A DNA stretch of 32,000 bases, from assembly GCA_965224465.1 (NCBI GenBank), contig OZ245049.1:4590001-4622000 (forward strand), in the 5' to 3' direction. Source of the stretch: Flavobacteriaceae bacterium. Its GTDB lineage: Bacteria > Bacteroidota > Bacteroidia > Flavobacteriales > Flavobacteriaceae. The notes below the pieces were generated by a model that was not told where the DNA came from, did not search any database, and was given only the letters and a program-made list of their open reading frames with translations. Positions within the stretch are counted from its first letter, which is position 1. Each line of letters starts with the position of its first letter. Positions 17,824 to 29,463 of this stretch are shown here, piece by piece. A program made the translations under genes and the position numbers.

Positions 17824-20586
17824 TCAGTAAAAACCTCGCCTGAAAAAATTGATAATCTTTTTAGGTTGAATTGTTAAAACGAACCTAATTTTAGTGGTAT
17901 AGTCAGGTTGTTGTAGTTCCCATCCTAAATTGGAATGTATAGGGAAATAGATTTCTAATATGTCGTGAATAAAATTTAGACGAATGCCATTTTCATGTGC
18001 AAAATACACTTTTGATCCCTTGTTTTTTACGAGTCCAACATCGTTATATACTTCAATCCATCTCCAGATTCCGATACTGGTATTAAATGTTGTAATCCAT
18101 CGGTTCGCATAAGGGGTGTTGAGAGATGATTTAAAACCTCCTTCGTTAGTGATGTATTGTTGACTAAAAAAACCACTGGTTTCCGACCTTCCTAAATAAC
18201 CGTATTGAAAGAGATAATCTGAAGGACGGTCTAAGGCAAAACTAAAAAAATCTGAATTGGTATTGTTATGTATAAAAGTTCCTAAATACCATCTAAAATC
18301 AAATTGGCGGTTGGTATTGGTGAGTTTTCTATAGCGGGCATCAATACTAAATTTAGAGAAGTTTTTAGCAAATTGAAATCCTGTGCTTAACCTCACATCA
18401 TCTATGATTTCGGGTTTGCTATAGCGGTACCCAATATTAAAAACAGCATAGTTGTTTGTTTTTTTGATGTTAGAGATACGCTTGTCTGCTTCCTTGTTTA
18501 CGCGCACGTAGGAAGCTACGATAGCACTGCCTCCAACATCACGTAAGCTTTTTCTTTTAAATAGGATGGATGCAAAATTACTGAAGCGTGTGTATCTTAA
18601 ATTGGGTGCGTATTGATAGCGGTTCCCTGTGGATCCTATAGTAAAACGTTCTATATTGGAGCTGTTGGGAAGGTATTTGTAGAGTACAGAAAACGAACCA
18701 TTAATTTGCCCGCTCCTAGTGCCGTATGTAGGGGTAATGATATAGTTGAATTCTTTGTTTAATAATGATTTGTTAGAGAATGAAAGCCCTAATAAAGCAC
18801 CGTCGTAATAGTTATAGCTTATTTGTGGATTTAAAAATATTTGATTGTAGTACGGGTCTTCTAAATCTTTAAATAATTTGAATTGGATAGGGCGGTTTAA
18901 TAGTTTTGATTTGATGTTTTTCCAGTTATTTCTATTGTTGTATTCTGGGTATAGATATTCGTAATTTAGGGAAACCTTCTGAAAGTTTTCTTTTTTTATG
19001 GAGATGGTTTCAGTACTGTCAATAGCATGAATCCACTGTTTAAATTTAATGGTTTTATTTTGAATACCATATAATAATACGGGGGCTTTAAAATCTCGTT
19101 TATTTTTAATGGTAATAGCCAAAGAGTCTCCTAAATCTTGTACTTTTTCTATGGTGTAGTCTATTTTTTTTGAGGTGTTTAGATAGTAGCGACTAAAGTT
19201 AGATATATTTTTTTGTGTCCGTTTTTCTAGTCTTTTTATAAACAGATTGGAGCTTATTTTTTTCGACTTATTGTGTTCAATAAAGGAACGTATTTCTTGA
19301 GGGATGATTGAGTCTCCCAAGTATTCATCCATATAGCGTAATCCGATTCCTGCTTTGTATTTATTAACTATTTTCCGATTAAAAGTTGAAAGTGAATCTG
19401 CGCGCGTTGTTAAAGACTGGTCAATGTTTTTTCTAGCTGAAAATTGATAAACAAAAGCGTATTTATCATTAAAGTTAGCCTTTGCTAGGTTAAATTTTCT
19501 AAGTCCCCATATTTTAGAAAGTTCCCCTAAAATCTTTTGGTTTGGATAGTTTTTCTCTACATACTTAATCATTAGGTATGTTTGTAAACCATCTACAAAC
19601 CAGTAATCTTTGCGCTTATTTACAAGGATTAACTGATCTATGTATTTTTTTGTAAGTATTTTAAATAGTTTGATATCCCATTCAAAGGAATTGCTAAAAG
19701 GAGCTAAAAAAGAAGGCAATTGATTCCAGCCATAAACAGGGTTTTTTGCGTATTCAACACGGTTTATAAAAAGTTTTTTATGGGGATAGTCTCCTAAATA
19801 TTTTTGTAAGAATTGAAGTTGTGTTTCTACTATTTTTTGTTTGATGGGGTTTGTTAATTGTGTTGCCTGTAAATTTGTGACAATGTCTATTTTTTTTGTG
19901 GAAATTGTCTCAAATTTTGAAAGGCTTGAAATAGAAATTTCAACATCTGTTTTTCCAATTCCTTTTAAACTGTAGTTTTTATAGTTTTGAAAAAAGTAAT
20001 ACGAGCTGTTTAGGTTTGAGTGTAATTCAAAATTTGCAGGAATAGAAATGTCAATGGAATAATCCATGTAGTCAGCGTACAAATCATCCATGTTTAAATT
20101 ACTCATACTGGCAGGATACCTGTCAGAAGGAGTAGGGATTAAGTACCAGTATTTAAGATCGTAACCGTATTTGTGAAATCCATAATTGCTGTATTTGTTT
20201 TTAGGAATTTTTACAGAGTAGAAGGTTTTTATAATTAACGAATCCGTTGCTTTTAACGCTTTATTTAAAGGGATAATTAAAATATCGGGAACTTTTTCTT
20301 TGATTACGTATGCTTGATTTATTCCGTTTATAGTTAAGTTGTGGATCGTAACATGTCCACGATCTCTTTTTTTTGCAAAATGAAAAGATTTGGAATAGTC
20401 TTCTATAAAACGTTTGGCTAATGGGGTGTGCTTGTCTTTGTAAGCATTTGCCCAATTGTAGAAATAGACGGTGTCCATAGCTGTATCGCTATTATTTCTG
20501 TATGTAGTAGTTTGTTGTATTTGTAAGGTGTTTGTAGTAGTATTTAGCACAGCATTTATCTCAATTTTATGCTGCTGGGCAATCAT
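17824..20586 (-). CDS. Large conserved hypothetical protein, probably exported (possible C-terminal beta-barrel); N-terminus likely mis-set
   Basis: 920-aa ORF with no HEXXH or other catalytic motif seen. The C-terminal third is rich in alternating aromatic strands and ends ...RRGFY. The 19 codons upstream of the ATG encode a signal-peptide-like stretch (see findings). Confidence 0.7.
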   Translation of the reverse strand: MIAQQHKIEINAVLNTTTNTLQIQQTTTYRNNSDTAMDTVYFYNWANAYKDKHTPLAKRFIEDYSKSFHFAKKRDRGHVTIHNLTINGINQAYVIKEKVPDILIIPLNKALKATDSLIIKTFYSVKIPKNKYSNYGFHKYGYDLKYWYLIPTPSDRYPASMSNLNMDDLYADYMDYSIDISIPANFELHSNLNSSYYFFQNYKNYSLKGIGKTDVEISISSLSKFETISTKKIDIVTNLQATQLTNPIKQKIVETQLQFLQKYLGDYPHKKLFINRVEYAKNPVYGWNQLPSFLAPFSNSFEWDIKLFKILTKKYIDQLILVNKRKDYWFVDGLQTYLMIKYVEKNYPNQKILGELSKIWGLRKFNLAKANFNDKYAFVYQFSARKNIDQSLTTRADSLSTFNRKIVNKYKAGIGLRYMDEYLGDSIIPQEIRSFIEHNKSKKISSNLFIKRLEKRTQKNISNFSRYYLNTSKKIDYTIEKVQDLGDSLAITIKNKRDFKAPVLLYGIQNKTIKFKQWIHAIDSTETISIKKENFQKVSLNYEYLYPEYNNRNNWKNIKSKLLNRPIQFKLFKDLEDPYYNQIFLNPQISYNYYDGALLGLSFSNKSLLNKEFNYIITPTYGTRSGQINGSFSVLYKYLPNSSNIERFTIGSTGNRYQYAPNLRYTRFSNFASILFKRKSLRDVGGSAIVASYVRVNKEADKRISNIKKTNNYAVFNIGYRYSKPEIIDDVRLSTGFQFAKNFSKFSIDARYRKLTNTNRQFDFRWYLGTFIHNNTNSDFFSFALDRPSDYLFQYGYLGRSETSGFFSQQYITNEGGFKSSLNTPYANRWITTFNTSIGIWRWIEVYNDVGLVKNKGSKVYFAHENGIRLNFIHDILEIYFPIHSNLGWELQQPDYTTKIRFVLTIQPKKIINFFRRGFY

Positions 20587-20643
20587 AAAATTGAGATTTA
20601 ATAAAATAAATGCTATGGTAACTATTTGTTTAATAGAGTGAGT

Positions 20644-21354
20644 TTAGAAATTAGGACTTAAGCTGTATTTGTTGTAGAACGTATCAATTACTTCTAGTAC
20701 TTCGTCAGAAGTGTCTACAAGTGAAATTAATTTTAAATCGTCAGGGTTGATGTTTTTCTCTTCAACCAAGGTTGTTTTGATCCAGTCCATCAGGCCTCCC
20801 CAAAATTTTCTTCCAACCAAAACAATTGGAAATTTCCCAATTTTCTTAGTTTGGATTAATGTCATGGCTTCAAACAATTCATCTAAGGTTCCAAAACCAC
20901 CTGGCATGACCACAAATCCTTGTGAGTATTTCACAAACATTACTTTACGGACAAAGAAATAATCAAAGTCTAAACTTTTGTCGCTATCAATGTATGGATT
21001 GTCGTGTTGTTCAAAAGGTAATTCTATATTTAATCCTACAGACACTCCTTTTCCTCTATGTGCTCCTTTATTTCCCGCTTCCATAATACCAGGGCCACCA
21101 CCTGTAATAACTCCGTAACCGTGTTGGGTCAATTGAAAAGCAATGGCTTCTGCTTGTTCGTAATATTTTTCTCCAGGCTTGGTTCTTGCAGATCCAAAGA
21201 TACTTACACAGGGACCAATGCGACTCAGTTTTTCATACCCATCTACAAACTCGGACATTATTTTAAAAATGGCCCAAGAGTCGTTTGTTTTTATTTCGTT
21301 CCAAGTTTTATGCTTGAATTTATTTCGTATTCTTCTATCTTCTTTTGAGATCAT
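20644..21354 (-). CDS. LOG-family (TIGR00730-type) Rossmann-fold nucleotide-binding protein
   Basis: Carries the GGGPGIMEA and PGGFGTLDELFE (PGGxGTxxE) motifs. Confidence 0.85.
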   Translation of the reverse strand: MISKEDRRIRNKFKHKTWNEIKTNDSWAIFKIMSEFVDGYEKLSRIGPCVSIFGSARTKPGEKYYEQAEAIAFQLTQHGYGVITGGGPGIMEAGNKGAHRGKGVSVGLNIELPFEQHDNPYIDSDKSLDFDYFFVRKVMFVKYSQGFVVMPGGFGTLDELFEAMTLIQTKKIGKFPIVLVGRKFWGGLMDWIKTTLVEEKNINPDDLKLISLVDTSDEVLEVIDTFYNKYSLSPNF

Positions 21355-21397
21355 ATCTTCTATTTTTTTTATTTATTTCTTTGAATTTGGGAACTCG

Positions 21398-24223
21398 CTA
21401 AGATAACTCTTTTTTTAAAAACTTTGCCGTATGGCTTTTTTTATGTTTAATTATTTCTTCGGGAGTTCCAGTACACACTATTTTTCCGCCATTTTTCCCG
21501 CCCTCGGGGCCTACATCTATAATATAATCTGCCATTTTTACAACGTCTAAATTATGTTCTATTACCAATACAGTGTTTCCTTTGTTGGTGAGTTTTTCAA
21601 GTACTTCCATTAAGACTCGGATGTCTTCAAAGTGTAGCCCTGTAGTAGGTTCGTCTAGAATGTAAAAGGTGTTTCCAGTGTCTCTTTTGGAGAGTTCAGA
21701 AGCCAATTTAATACGTTGGGCTTCTCCTCCAGATAAGGTAGTGGATTGTTGTCCTAATGTTATGTATCCCAATCCTACATCTTGGATGGTTTTTAGTTTC
21801 CTGTAAATTTTAGGAATATTTTCAAAAAATTCACAGGCATCGTTGATCGTTAGATTCAATACATCAGAAATTGATTTCCCTTTGTATCTGATTTCCAGTG
21901 TCTCTCTGTTAAAACGTTTGCCTTGACAGGTTTCACAGCTTACGTGAACATCTGGCATAAAATTCATTTCAATCACACGAACTCCGCCTCCTTGACACGT
22001 CTCGCACCTACCTCCTTTTACGTTAAAAGAAAACCGACCAGGTTTGTATCCTCTAATAGCGGCCTCAGTAGTTTTTGTAAATAGACTTCGGACTTCTCCA
22101 AAAACACCTGTGTAGGTAGCTGGATTAGAACGTGGTGTTCTACCTATTGGAGATTGGTCTATTGCAATTACCTTATCGATATGTTCCAAGCCTGTGATTT
22201 TTTTATAGGGCATTGGTATTTTTACACCATTATATATATGTGCATTTAAAATGGGGTAGAGGGTTTCGTTAATCAAGGTAGATTTTCCACTTCCAGAGAC
22301 ACCTGTAACACAAATAAAAGTTCCTAAGGGGAATTTTGCAGTTACATTTTTTAGGTTATTGCCTTTTGCGCCTGAAAGAACAATCTCTTTCCCGTTTCCT
22401 TCTCTTCGTGTTGAAGGGATTTTAATGGATCGTTTTCCTGTGAGGTAATCCGCTGTTAAGGTATCGTGTTTTAATAATTCCTGATAGCTTCCTTTACTTA
22501 CAATTTCGCCTCCATTATGTCCAGCCCCAGGACCTATGTCCAATACATAATCGGCATGTTCTATCATATCTTTGTCGTGTTCAACTACAATAACAGAGTT
22601 TCCGATATCGCGTAGCTTAATCAAGGATTTGATTAGTTTTTCGTTATCTCGTTGGTGCAATCCTATACTGGGTTCGTCTAGAATGTATAAAACACCTACC
22701 AGTTGAGAGCCAATTTGTGTTGCCAGTCGTATGCGTTGTGCTTCTCCCCCAGAAAGGGATTTTGAACTGCGGTCTAAGGCCAAATAATTGAGTCCAACAT
22801 CCAATAAAAACTGAATTCTAGTACGTATTTCTTTTAATATTTCTCCTCCTATTTTTAATTGTCTAACACTTAGTTTCTTCTCGATGTTTTCGAACCAGTT
22901 TGCCAATTCGTCAATATCCATCTGCGCCAAGTCGGAAATATTTTTATCATTAATTTTAAAAAACAAGGCTTCTTTTTTTAACCTTTTACCTTTGCAACTC
23001 GGACAAGAAATATCATCCATGTATGCTTTTGCCCATCTTTTTATAGAAGTTGATTCACTGTTTTTATACTGACTTTGAATAAAATTGACAATTCCTTCAA
23101 AATCTATTTCGTAGGAGCGAGTTACTCCCATTGTTTTTGAAGAGATCGTGTATTTTTCGTTTCCTCCATTCATAATAATGTCCAGTGCCGATTTTGGAAT
23201 TTTACGGATGGGGTCTGTCAAGCTAAATTTATAGCGGTCAGCAATCAATTGTAATTGTTTAAAAATCCAACTGTCTTTTTGTTCTCCAAGTGGGGCAATT
23301 CCTCCGTTTTTTATGGAAAGTGTGCTGTCTGGTAAAATTTTGTCTTGGTTTACTTCATTTACTCTTCCTAGACCGCTACAGTGCGCACAAGCTCCTTTTG
23401 GAGAATTGAACGAAAATGCATTTGGTTCTGGGTTTGGGTAGGAGATTCCAGTAGCTTCACACATTAGATCTCGGCTAAAATAGCGAGGTGTTTCTGTGTC
23501 AAAGTCCAATACCATTAATATATTGTCTCCAGCATACATGGCTGTTTTAATGGTTTCATCCAGTCTTTTCTGAGATTTAGGATCTATTTTTAAACGGTCT
23601 ATGACCACTTCTATATCATGTGTTTTGTACCGATCTAAACGCATGCCTTTTTCTATTTCTCTAATTTCACCATCCACTCTAACTTTTACAAAACCTTGTT
23701 TTCCTATCTGTTCAAACAGTTCTCGGTAATGCCCTTTTCTTGATTTAATTAAGGGAGCTAGTACCATTATTTTTTTTGATTCGTAAGATGCTAGTATTAA
23801 ATCTCGGATTTGCTCATCATTATAACTCACCATTTTTTTATTGGTATTAAATGAGTAGGCATCAGATGCTCTAGCAAATAATAAGCGTAAGAAATCGTAA
23901 ATCTCTGTGATGGTACCCACAGTAGATCTAGGGCTCTTATTGGTGGTTTTTTGTTCTATAGAAATTACAGGAGACAGGCCGTCAATTTTATCTACATCAG
24001 GGCGTTCCAGTCCTCCTAGAAATTGTCTAGCATAGGCAGAAAATGTTTCAATATACCTGCGTTGTCCTTCTGCATAAATAGTATCAAAAGCGAGTGAAGA
24101 TTTTCCGCTACCACTCAAACCAGTAATTACTACCAATTGTTCCCTTGGGATTTTTACATCTATGTTTTTGAGGTTGTGAACACGTGCTCCAAACACCTCT
24201 ATATATTCTTGTTGTTTAGCCAT
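21398..24223 (-). CDS. uvrA: Excinuclease ABC subunit A
   Basis: Two ABC modules ([14 protein letters not shown] and [14 protein letters not shown] Walker A; LSGGEAQR twice) and CxxC zinc modules. The start is set at [21 protein letters not shown] because a TAnnTTTG box lies inside the longer ORF (which runs to 24256). Confidence 0.9.
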   Translation of the reverse strand: MAKQQEYIEVFGARVHNLKNIDVKIPREQLVVITGLSGSGKSSLAFDTIYAEGQRRYIETFSAYARQFLGGLERPDVDKIDGLSPVISIEQKTTNKSPRSTVGTITEIYDFLRLLFARASDAYSFNTNKKMVSYNDEQIRDLILASYESKKIMVLAPLIKSRKGHYRELFEQIGKQGFVKVRVDGEIREIEKGMRLDRYKTHDIEVVIDRLKIDPKSQKRLDETIKTAMYAGDNILMVLDFDTETPRYFSRDLMCEATGISYPNPEPNAFSFNSPKGACAHCSGLGRVNEVNQDKILPDSTLSIKNGGIAPLGEQKDSWIFKQLQLIADRYKFSLTDPIRKIPKSALDIIMNGGNEKYTISSKTMGVTRSYEIDFEGIVNFIQSQYKNSESTSIKRWAKAYMDDISCPSCKGKRLKKEALFFKINDKNISDLAQMDIDELANWFENIEKKLSVRQLKIGGEILKEIRTRIQFLLDVGLNYLALDRSSKSLSGGEAQRIRLATQIGSQLVGVLYILDEPSIGLHQRDNEKLIKSLIKLRDIGNSVIVVEHDKDMIEHADYVLDIGPGAGHNGGEIVSKGSYQELLKHDTLTADYLTGKRSIKIPSTRREGNGKEIVLSGAKGNNLKNVTAKFPLGTFICVTGVSGSGKSTLINETLYPILNAHIYNGVKIPMPYKKITGLEHIDKVIAIDQSPIGRTPRSNPATYTGVFGEVRSLFTKTTEAAIRGYKPGRFSFNVKGGRCETCQGGGVRVIEMNFMPDVHVSCETCQGKRFNRETLEIRYKGKSISDVLNLTINDACEFFENIPKIYRKLKTIQDVGLGYITLGQQSTTLSGGEAQRIKLASELSKRDTGNTFYILDEPTTGLHFEDIRVLMEVLEKLTNKGNTVLVIEHNLDVVKMADYIIDVGPEGGKNGGKIVCTGTPEEIIKHKKSHTAKFLKKELS

Positions 24224-24243
24224 TTGAAAATTGTCAAAAAGAG

Positions 24244-24251
24244 CAAATTTA
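24244..24251 (-). promoter_or_regulatory. Candidate -7 box (TAAATTTG on the minus strand) for uvrA
   Basis: Matches TAnnTTTG, 21 nt upstream of ATG 24223. Confidence 0.35.
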
Positions 24252-24394
24252 TACAAAATGATTTTATTAATAGAGTAGGGGACTTTTTATTTGAGATTTT
24301 GCTACAAAATAAGGTGATTTTTAAAAGATTTAGAGGTGTTAAATGTATTAATTCAGATAGAATTCACTAAAAATACTATCTTGCATTAAAATTT

Positions 24395-24628
24395 ATGTTT
24401 ATGCAGTGGATTCATTCTCTACGTCATTTTTTTGAAAGGCACGGTTTTGCGGTTTCTTCACGTTTTGCGGATAGATTGGGAATTAATGTTTCTAATGTGC
24501 GTTTGTTTTTTATTTACATTTCGTTTGTAACAGTAGGATTGTCCTTCGGAATATACTTAACCTTGGCATTTTTATTAAAAATAAAAGATATGGTATATAC
24601 CAAACGAACCTCTGTATTTGATTTGTAG
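24395..24628 (+). CDS. PspC-domain membrane protein
   Basis: 77 aa. GFAVSSRFADRLGINVSNVRLFFIYISFVT followed by a TM helix, as in PspC-domain proteins. Confidence 0.7.
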   Translation: MFMQWIHSLRHFFERHGFAVSSRFADRLGINVSNVRLFFIYISFVTVGLSFGIYLTLAFLLKIKDMVYTKRTSVFDL

Positions 24629-24630
24629 TT

Positions 24631-25626
24631 ATGTTGATAAAAAGTAAATTATACAGGGCAGTTTTATTGTTGATTATCATTAGTACTATTGGTGTATTAG
24701 GGTATAGCTTTTTTTGGGGGTATACTTTTGTAGATGCCTTGTACATGACCATAATTACGATGACAACGGTTGGTTTTTCCGAGGTACATTCTTTAGATGG
24801 AAATGGAAAATTATTTACGATAGGGTTGATTATTTTTAGTATCACCTCTTATGGGTATGCAGTAACGGTAATGTCTGAGTATTTGGCAAGCGGCGTTATT
24901 TATGAACAGTTTAAAAGAAAGAAAATGCAACAACGAATCAATAAATTGGTAGGTCATACTGTAGTTTGTGGCTATGGAAGAAATGGGAAACAGGCCGTAG
25001 CAAAATTAAAAGAATTTAATAAGCCTTGTTTGGTGATTGAAAGAGATCCAGAAGTGTTTAAGGAATTAGAAAGACTTGGAGTACCTTATGTAGAAGGAAA
25101 TGCGACAGAAGATGAGTCGTTAATACAAGCGGGGATATCTAGGGCTAATAGTTTGATTGCAGCTTTGCCATCGGATGCAGATAATTTATTTATTGTGCTT
25201 TCTGCCCGTCAAATAAATAAAGATTTCACCATTATTAGTAGAGCTTCAAATGAAGGATCTGTTAGTAAGTTAAGAGTCGCAGGAGCTACGAATATTATTA
25301 TGCCAGATAAACTGGGAGGCGACCATATGGCTTCTTTGGTAGTAACTCCAGATTTGGTAGAGTTTGTGCAGCGCTTAACTATTTCTGAAGAAGGGTCTAC
25401 GAATTTAGAAGAGATTTCAATTAATGATTTGCCAATAGAGTATTTGAATAAAACCATTCGAGATTTGGACCTACGTAGGCAAACTGGCTGTTCTGTGATT
25501 GGATTTAAAAAGGCAAACCAAGAATATATTATCAATCCAGAACCAAATACGGTATTGGAGCCTAATACTTATTTAATAGTATTAGGACGTTTAGGACAAA
25601 TTCAAAAATTACAGGAATTGTTTTAG
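24631..25626 (+). CDS. Two-TM potassium-channel-type protein with RCK (TrkA-N/TrkA-C) domains
   Basis: Pore helix plus filter region YMTIITMTTVGFSE. Rossmann motif VVCGYGRNGKQ. TrkA-C-like C-terminus. Confidence 0.8.
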   Translation: MLIKSKLYRAVLLLIIISTIGVLGYSFFWGYTFVDALYMTIITMTTVGFSEVHSLDGNGKLFTIGLIIFSITSYGYAVTVMSEYLASGVIYEQFKRKKMQQRINKLVGHTVVCGYGRNGKQAVAKLKEFNKPCLVIERDPEVFKELERLGVPYVEGNATEDESLIQAGISRANSLIAALPSDADNLFIVLSARQINKDFTIISRASNEGSVSKLRVAGATNIIMPDKLGGDHMASLVVTPDLVEFVQRLTISEEGSTNLEEISINDLPIEYLNKTIRDLDLRRQTGCSVIGFKKANQEYIINPEPNTVLEPNTYLIVLGRLGQIQKLQELF

Positions 25627-25740
25627 AATACAATATTTTTTGAGGGTGTAATTGACATTTATAGTAGCTTTTCTTGTAATACTTTCATTTTTTTATGATA
25701 TTGCGGTACGTTTAAACGAATGTAGAACTTATACCTTATT

Positions 25741-27327
25741 ATGAAGAAAAAATTGCTGACTATTTTAACACTAATTATACCTGTATTGACCTTTGCTCAA
25801 GAAAAGGGTTTTGATAAAAAAATAGACCAAGTCTTTGGCGATGCTACTGGCTGGTTTGTAGAATTAATATTTTATAAAATTCCTTTTTCTGAGGATGTGC
25901 AAATATTTTGGGTTTTATTCCCATTGATTCTAGGAGCGACTTATTTCACTATTTATTTTAAGTTTATTAATTTCAGAGGGTTTTTAACATCTGTCAATAT
26001 TGTTCGAGGTAAATACGATGCCATAGATCATGTAACTTCAGATGTGATGGCTGGAGATTCCACACCTGGAGGTGATGCAATCGAAACGGCAAGAATTGAA
26101 GGTCATGAAGGAGAAGTTTCACATTTTCAAGCATTGACTGCTGCACTTTCTGCGACGGTTGGATTGGGGAATATTGCTGGAGTTGCCATTGCTATTTCTA
26201 TTGGAGGAGCAGGGGCTACGTTTTGGATGATTGTTGCTGGGTTTTTAGGAATGGCTTCCAAGTTTGTAGAATGTACACTAGGAGTTAAATACAGAGATAT
26301 TGATAGTGAAGGAGTAGTATATGGAGGGCCAATGTATTACCTCACAAAAGGCTTGAAAGAAAAAGGACTTGAGAAATTAGGAAAAGTATTGGCAGCTGTG
26401 TTTGCGGTATTTGTAATTGGAGGTTCTTTTGGTGGAGGAAATATGTTTCAAGTAAATCAAGCCTTTCAATTGGTAGAAAACATTACGGGAGGAGAGGCTT
26501 CTTTTTTACATGGAAGAGGATGGTTGTTCGGTTTGGTAATGGCAGTTTTTGTAGGGATTGTAATTATTGGAGGTATAAAAAAAATTGCAAAGGTAACCGA
26601 TAAAGTTGTGCCGTTTATGGTGGTGATATATGTGGCAGCATCATTGTTTGTTTTAATAGCAAAATATGACATGATAGGGGATGCATTTGTTCAAATATTT
26701 GACGGAGCATTTAAAGCAGACGGAATTGTAGGTGGAGTTGTAGGTGTATTAGTTCAAGGATTTAGACGGGCAGCATTTTCAAATGAAGCGGGAATAGGAT
26801 CTGCTTCTATTGCACATTCTGCCGTGAGAACAAAATACCCTGCATCTGAAGGTTTAGTGGCTTTACTAGAACCTTTTATTGATACCGTTGTGGTGTGTAC
26901 TATGACAGCTTTAGTCTTAATTATTACAGGAAACGTAGCAACTTCAAATGCTTCGTTGAATGAAGCTCAAGCAATATTGTTAACTTCAGGAGCATTTGCC
27001 TCTGTAATTTCTTGGTTTCCTTATGTATTAACTGTTGCGGTAGTATTATTCGCTTTTAGTACTATGATTTCTTGGTCGTATTACGGATTTCAAGGATGGG
27101 CTTACTTATTTGGAAGAAGCAAAAAAATGGAATATGCGTACAAACTTTTGTTCTGTGTGTTTGTGGTAATTGGTGCGGCTGCGAGTTTGGGGTCTGTAAT
27201 AGGATTTTCCGATGCTATGATTTTTGCGATGATGGTGCCTAATATGATAGGATTAGTACTGTTGGCTCCGAAAGTAAAAAGCGAACTGACAAGATATATG
27301 AAAGCTATAAAGGCTACCAAGACATAA
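25741..27327 (+). CDS. Alanine/glycine:cation symporter (AGCS) family transporter
   Basis: 528 aa, polytopic. Carries the [35 protein letters not shown] signature. Confidence 0.85.
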   Translation: MKKKLLTILTLIIPVLTFAQEKGFDKKIDQVFGDATGWFVELIFYKIPFSEDVQIFWVLFPLILGATYFTIYFKFINFRGFLTSVNIVRGKYDAIDHVTSDVMAGDSTPGGDAIETARIEGHEGEVSHFQALTAALSATVGLGNIAGVAIAISIGGAGATFWMIVAGFLGMASKFVECTLGVKYRDIDSEGVVYGGPMYYLTKGLKEKGLEKLGKVLAAVFAVFVIGGSFGGGNMFQVNQAFQLVENITGGEASFLHGRGWLFGLVMAVFVGIVIIGGIKKIAKVTDKVVPFMVVIYVAASLFVLIAKYDMIGDAFVQIFDGAFKADGIVGGVVGVLVQGFRRAAFSNEAGIGSASIAHSAVRTKYPASEGLVALLEPFIDTVVVCTMTALVLIITGNVATSNASLNEAQAILLTSGAFASVISWFPYVLTVAVVLFAFSTMISWSYYGFQGWAYLFGRSKKMEYAYKLLFCVFVVIGAAASLGSVIGFSDAMIFAMMVPNMIGLVLLAPKVKSELTRYMKAIKATKT

Positions 27328-27339
27328 AAACGCATTTAA

Positions 27340-28218
27340 ATGAGATATAAAAAATCCCACTTTAGGTTTACCAAAAGCCAGAAAAGGGGGATTTTTTTTA
27401 TACTCCTTATTAGTGTATTGATCCAACTTGTTTATGTATTTACTGATTTTAGTACAGGGAAATCACCGAAAATTGAAAAGGCCGAGCTCGTCTCTTTTTT
27501 ACGAGAAATAGATTCATTAAAAGAAATAGTGAACCTAGAACGAAAATCAAAAAAATGGACATTCAATCCTAGCTTTATAAGTGATTATAAAGGGTATCAA
27601 TTAGGCTTATCTGTTCAAGAGATCGACAGGTTACTATATCATCGGGAAAAAGGGAAATATATCAATTCTCCAAAACACTTTCAAGAGGTTAGTGGTATTA
27701 GTGATAGTTTACTCAAGGTCTTGACTCCTTTTTTTAAATTCCCAGATTGGCTTGTACAAAAACAAGCAGCTAGACAGCAAAAAAACAGGAATAGAAAAGA
27801 CCGGAGCTTTAAACTTGGAGTAAGAGATATAAATACGGCTACGTATAAAGATTTTATGCAGGTAAATGGTGTTTCGGAATCATTGGCAAAACGGATTGTA
27901 AAATACCGAAACAAACTGTCCTATTATAGTATGGATTCACAATTGTATGAGGTTTGGTATTTGAAAAGACCAATGGCAGATCAAATATTGAACTATTTTA
28001 AGGTGTTAAAACCTGTGACTATTCAAAAAATTAATGTAAACACAGCACAATTTAAAGAACTATTGAAGATTGTATACATAGATTACGAATTAACGAAGAA
28101 AATTATGAATTATCGTGATGAAATCGCAGAATATCAATCTTTAAACGAATTAAAAAATATACCTGGTTTTCCGATGGAGAAATTCGACAGAATAATATTA
28201 TATTTGGAGGCAAATTAA
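27340..28218 (+). CDS. ComEA-like helix-hairpin-helix repeat protein with N-terminal membrane anchor
   Basis: TM segment GIFFILLISVLIQLVYVF. Repeated HhH units (INTATYKDFMQVNGVSESLAKRIVKYR; INVNTAQFKELLKIVYIDYELTKKIMNYR; LNELKNIPGFPMEKFDRI). Confidence 0.7.
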   Translation: MRYKKSHFRFTKSQKRGIFFILLISVLIQLVYVFTDFSTGKSPKIEKAELVSFLREIDSLKEIVNLERKSKKWTFNPSFISDYKGYQLGLSVQEIDRLLYHREKGKYINSPKHFQEVSGISDSLLKVLTPFFKFPDWLVQKQAARQQKNRNRKDRSFKLGVRDINTATYKDFMQVNGVSESLAKRIVKYRNKLSYYSMDSQLYEVWYLKRPMADQILNYFKVLKPVTIQKINVNTAQFKELLKIVYIDYELTKKIMNYRDEIAEYQSLNELKNIPGFPMEKFDRIILYLEAN

Positions 28219-29418
28219 ATGATTAAAAAAAGCAAATTGAAATTATCTATGAGGAGTTCATTTTTTACAGAGGAACACGATGCTTTTAGGGCAAGTTTTC
28301 AAGAATTTTTACAACGAGAAGTTGTTCCACATATTAATAAATGGGAGGAAGATGGCGAGGTAGAACGCTTTATTTGGAAAAAATTTGGTGATATGGGCTA
28401 TTTTGGATTGCACTACCCCGAAAAATACGGAGGATTGGAATTGGACTTGTTTTATACCATTATATTTTTAGAAGAGCTTCAAAAAGTAAACTCTGGAGGG
28501 TTTGCAGCCGCTATGTGGGCACATACCTATTTGGCAATGACACATGTTTTAGAAGAAGGATCAGAAGCGATTAAAGAAAAATATTTACGACCGAGTATCG
28601 CTGGAGATAAAATTGGATGTCTGTGTATTTCGGAACCATTTGGAGGATCAGACGTTGCAGGAATGCGTACCACAGCTGTTAAAGAAGGAGAGAACTATAT
28701 TATCAATGGATCCAAAACGTTTATTACCAATGGACTTCTAAGTGATTACTTAGTAGTCGCTGTAAAAACAGCACCGGATTTGGCACATAAAGGAATGAGT
28801 ATTTTTATAATGGATAGAGATACGCCTGGAATTTCGGCAACCAAATTAGATAAATTAGGTTGGAAAGCTTCGGATACCGCAGAAATATCTTTTGATAATG
28901 TAAAAATACCAGCAGAAAATTTGATGGGTGAAGAGAACAAAGGCTTTTCGTATATCATGCAACACTTTGCATTGGAGAGATTGGTGATGGGAGTAAATGC
29001 ACATGCAAGGGCAGCGTATGCCATAGACTATGCAATCCAATATATGAAAGAACGTACTGCTTTTGGGAAAAAACTGAATGAGTTTCAAGTACTGAGGCAT
29101 AAAGTAGCCGAAATGGCGAGTGAAGTAGAAATGTGCAAGATTTTTAATTACAATATTACACATCGCCTTATTAATAAGGAGTATGTAGTAAAAGAAGCGA
29201 GTATGTCTAAATTAAATTCTACACGAATTGCTGATAAAGTAATTTACGAATGTCTTCAGTTGTTAGGGGGCTATGGTTATATGGAAGAATATCCTATGGC
29301 ACGCTTATTTCGAGATAGTAGAATAGGTACCATAGGGGGAGGGACTTCCGAGATTCTATGTGAGATTATTGCGAAAATGGTGATAGACAAGAAGGAATAT
29401 AGAAAAGCTACAAAATAG
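28219..29418 (+). CDS. Acyl-CoA dehydrogenase
   Basis: ACAD layout: CISEPFGGSDVAGMRTTA, GSKTFITNG and a C-terminal QLLGGYGYMEEYPMARLFRDSRIGTIGGGTSEI. An alternative start is at Met11. Confidence 0.85.
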   Translation: MIKKSKLKLSMRSSFFTEEHDAFRASFQEFLQREVVPHINKWEEDGEVERFIWKKFGDMGYFGLHYPEKYGGLELDLFYTIIFLEELQKVNSGGFAAAMWAHTYLAMTHVLEEGSEAIKEKYLRPSIAGDKIGCLCISEPFGGSDVAGMRTTAVKEGENYIINGSKTFITNGLLSDYLVVAVKTAPDLAHKGMSIFIMDRDTPGISATKLDKLGWKASDTAEISFDNVKIPAENLMGEENKGFSYIMQHFALERLVMGVNAHARAAYAIDYAIQYMKERTAFGKKLNEFQVLRHKVAEMASEVEMCKIFNYNITHRLINKEYVVKEASMSKLNSTRIADKVIYECLQLLGGYGYMEEYPMARLFRDSRIGTIGGGTSEILCEIIAKMVIDKKEYRKATK

Positions 29419-29463
29419 TTGTTGATTTGTAGGATTATATTACCGATGATTTGAAATTAATTG

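Noticed and set aside
25627-25740. A glycine riboswitch upstream of the alanine/glycine symporter
   Set aside because: The 114-nt leader is AT-rich and lacks the conserved GGAGAG...CACCG-type cores and the paired stems of glycine riboswitches.
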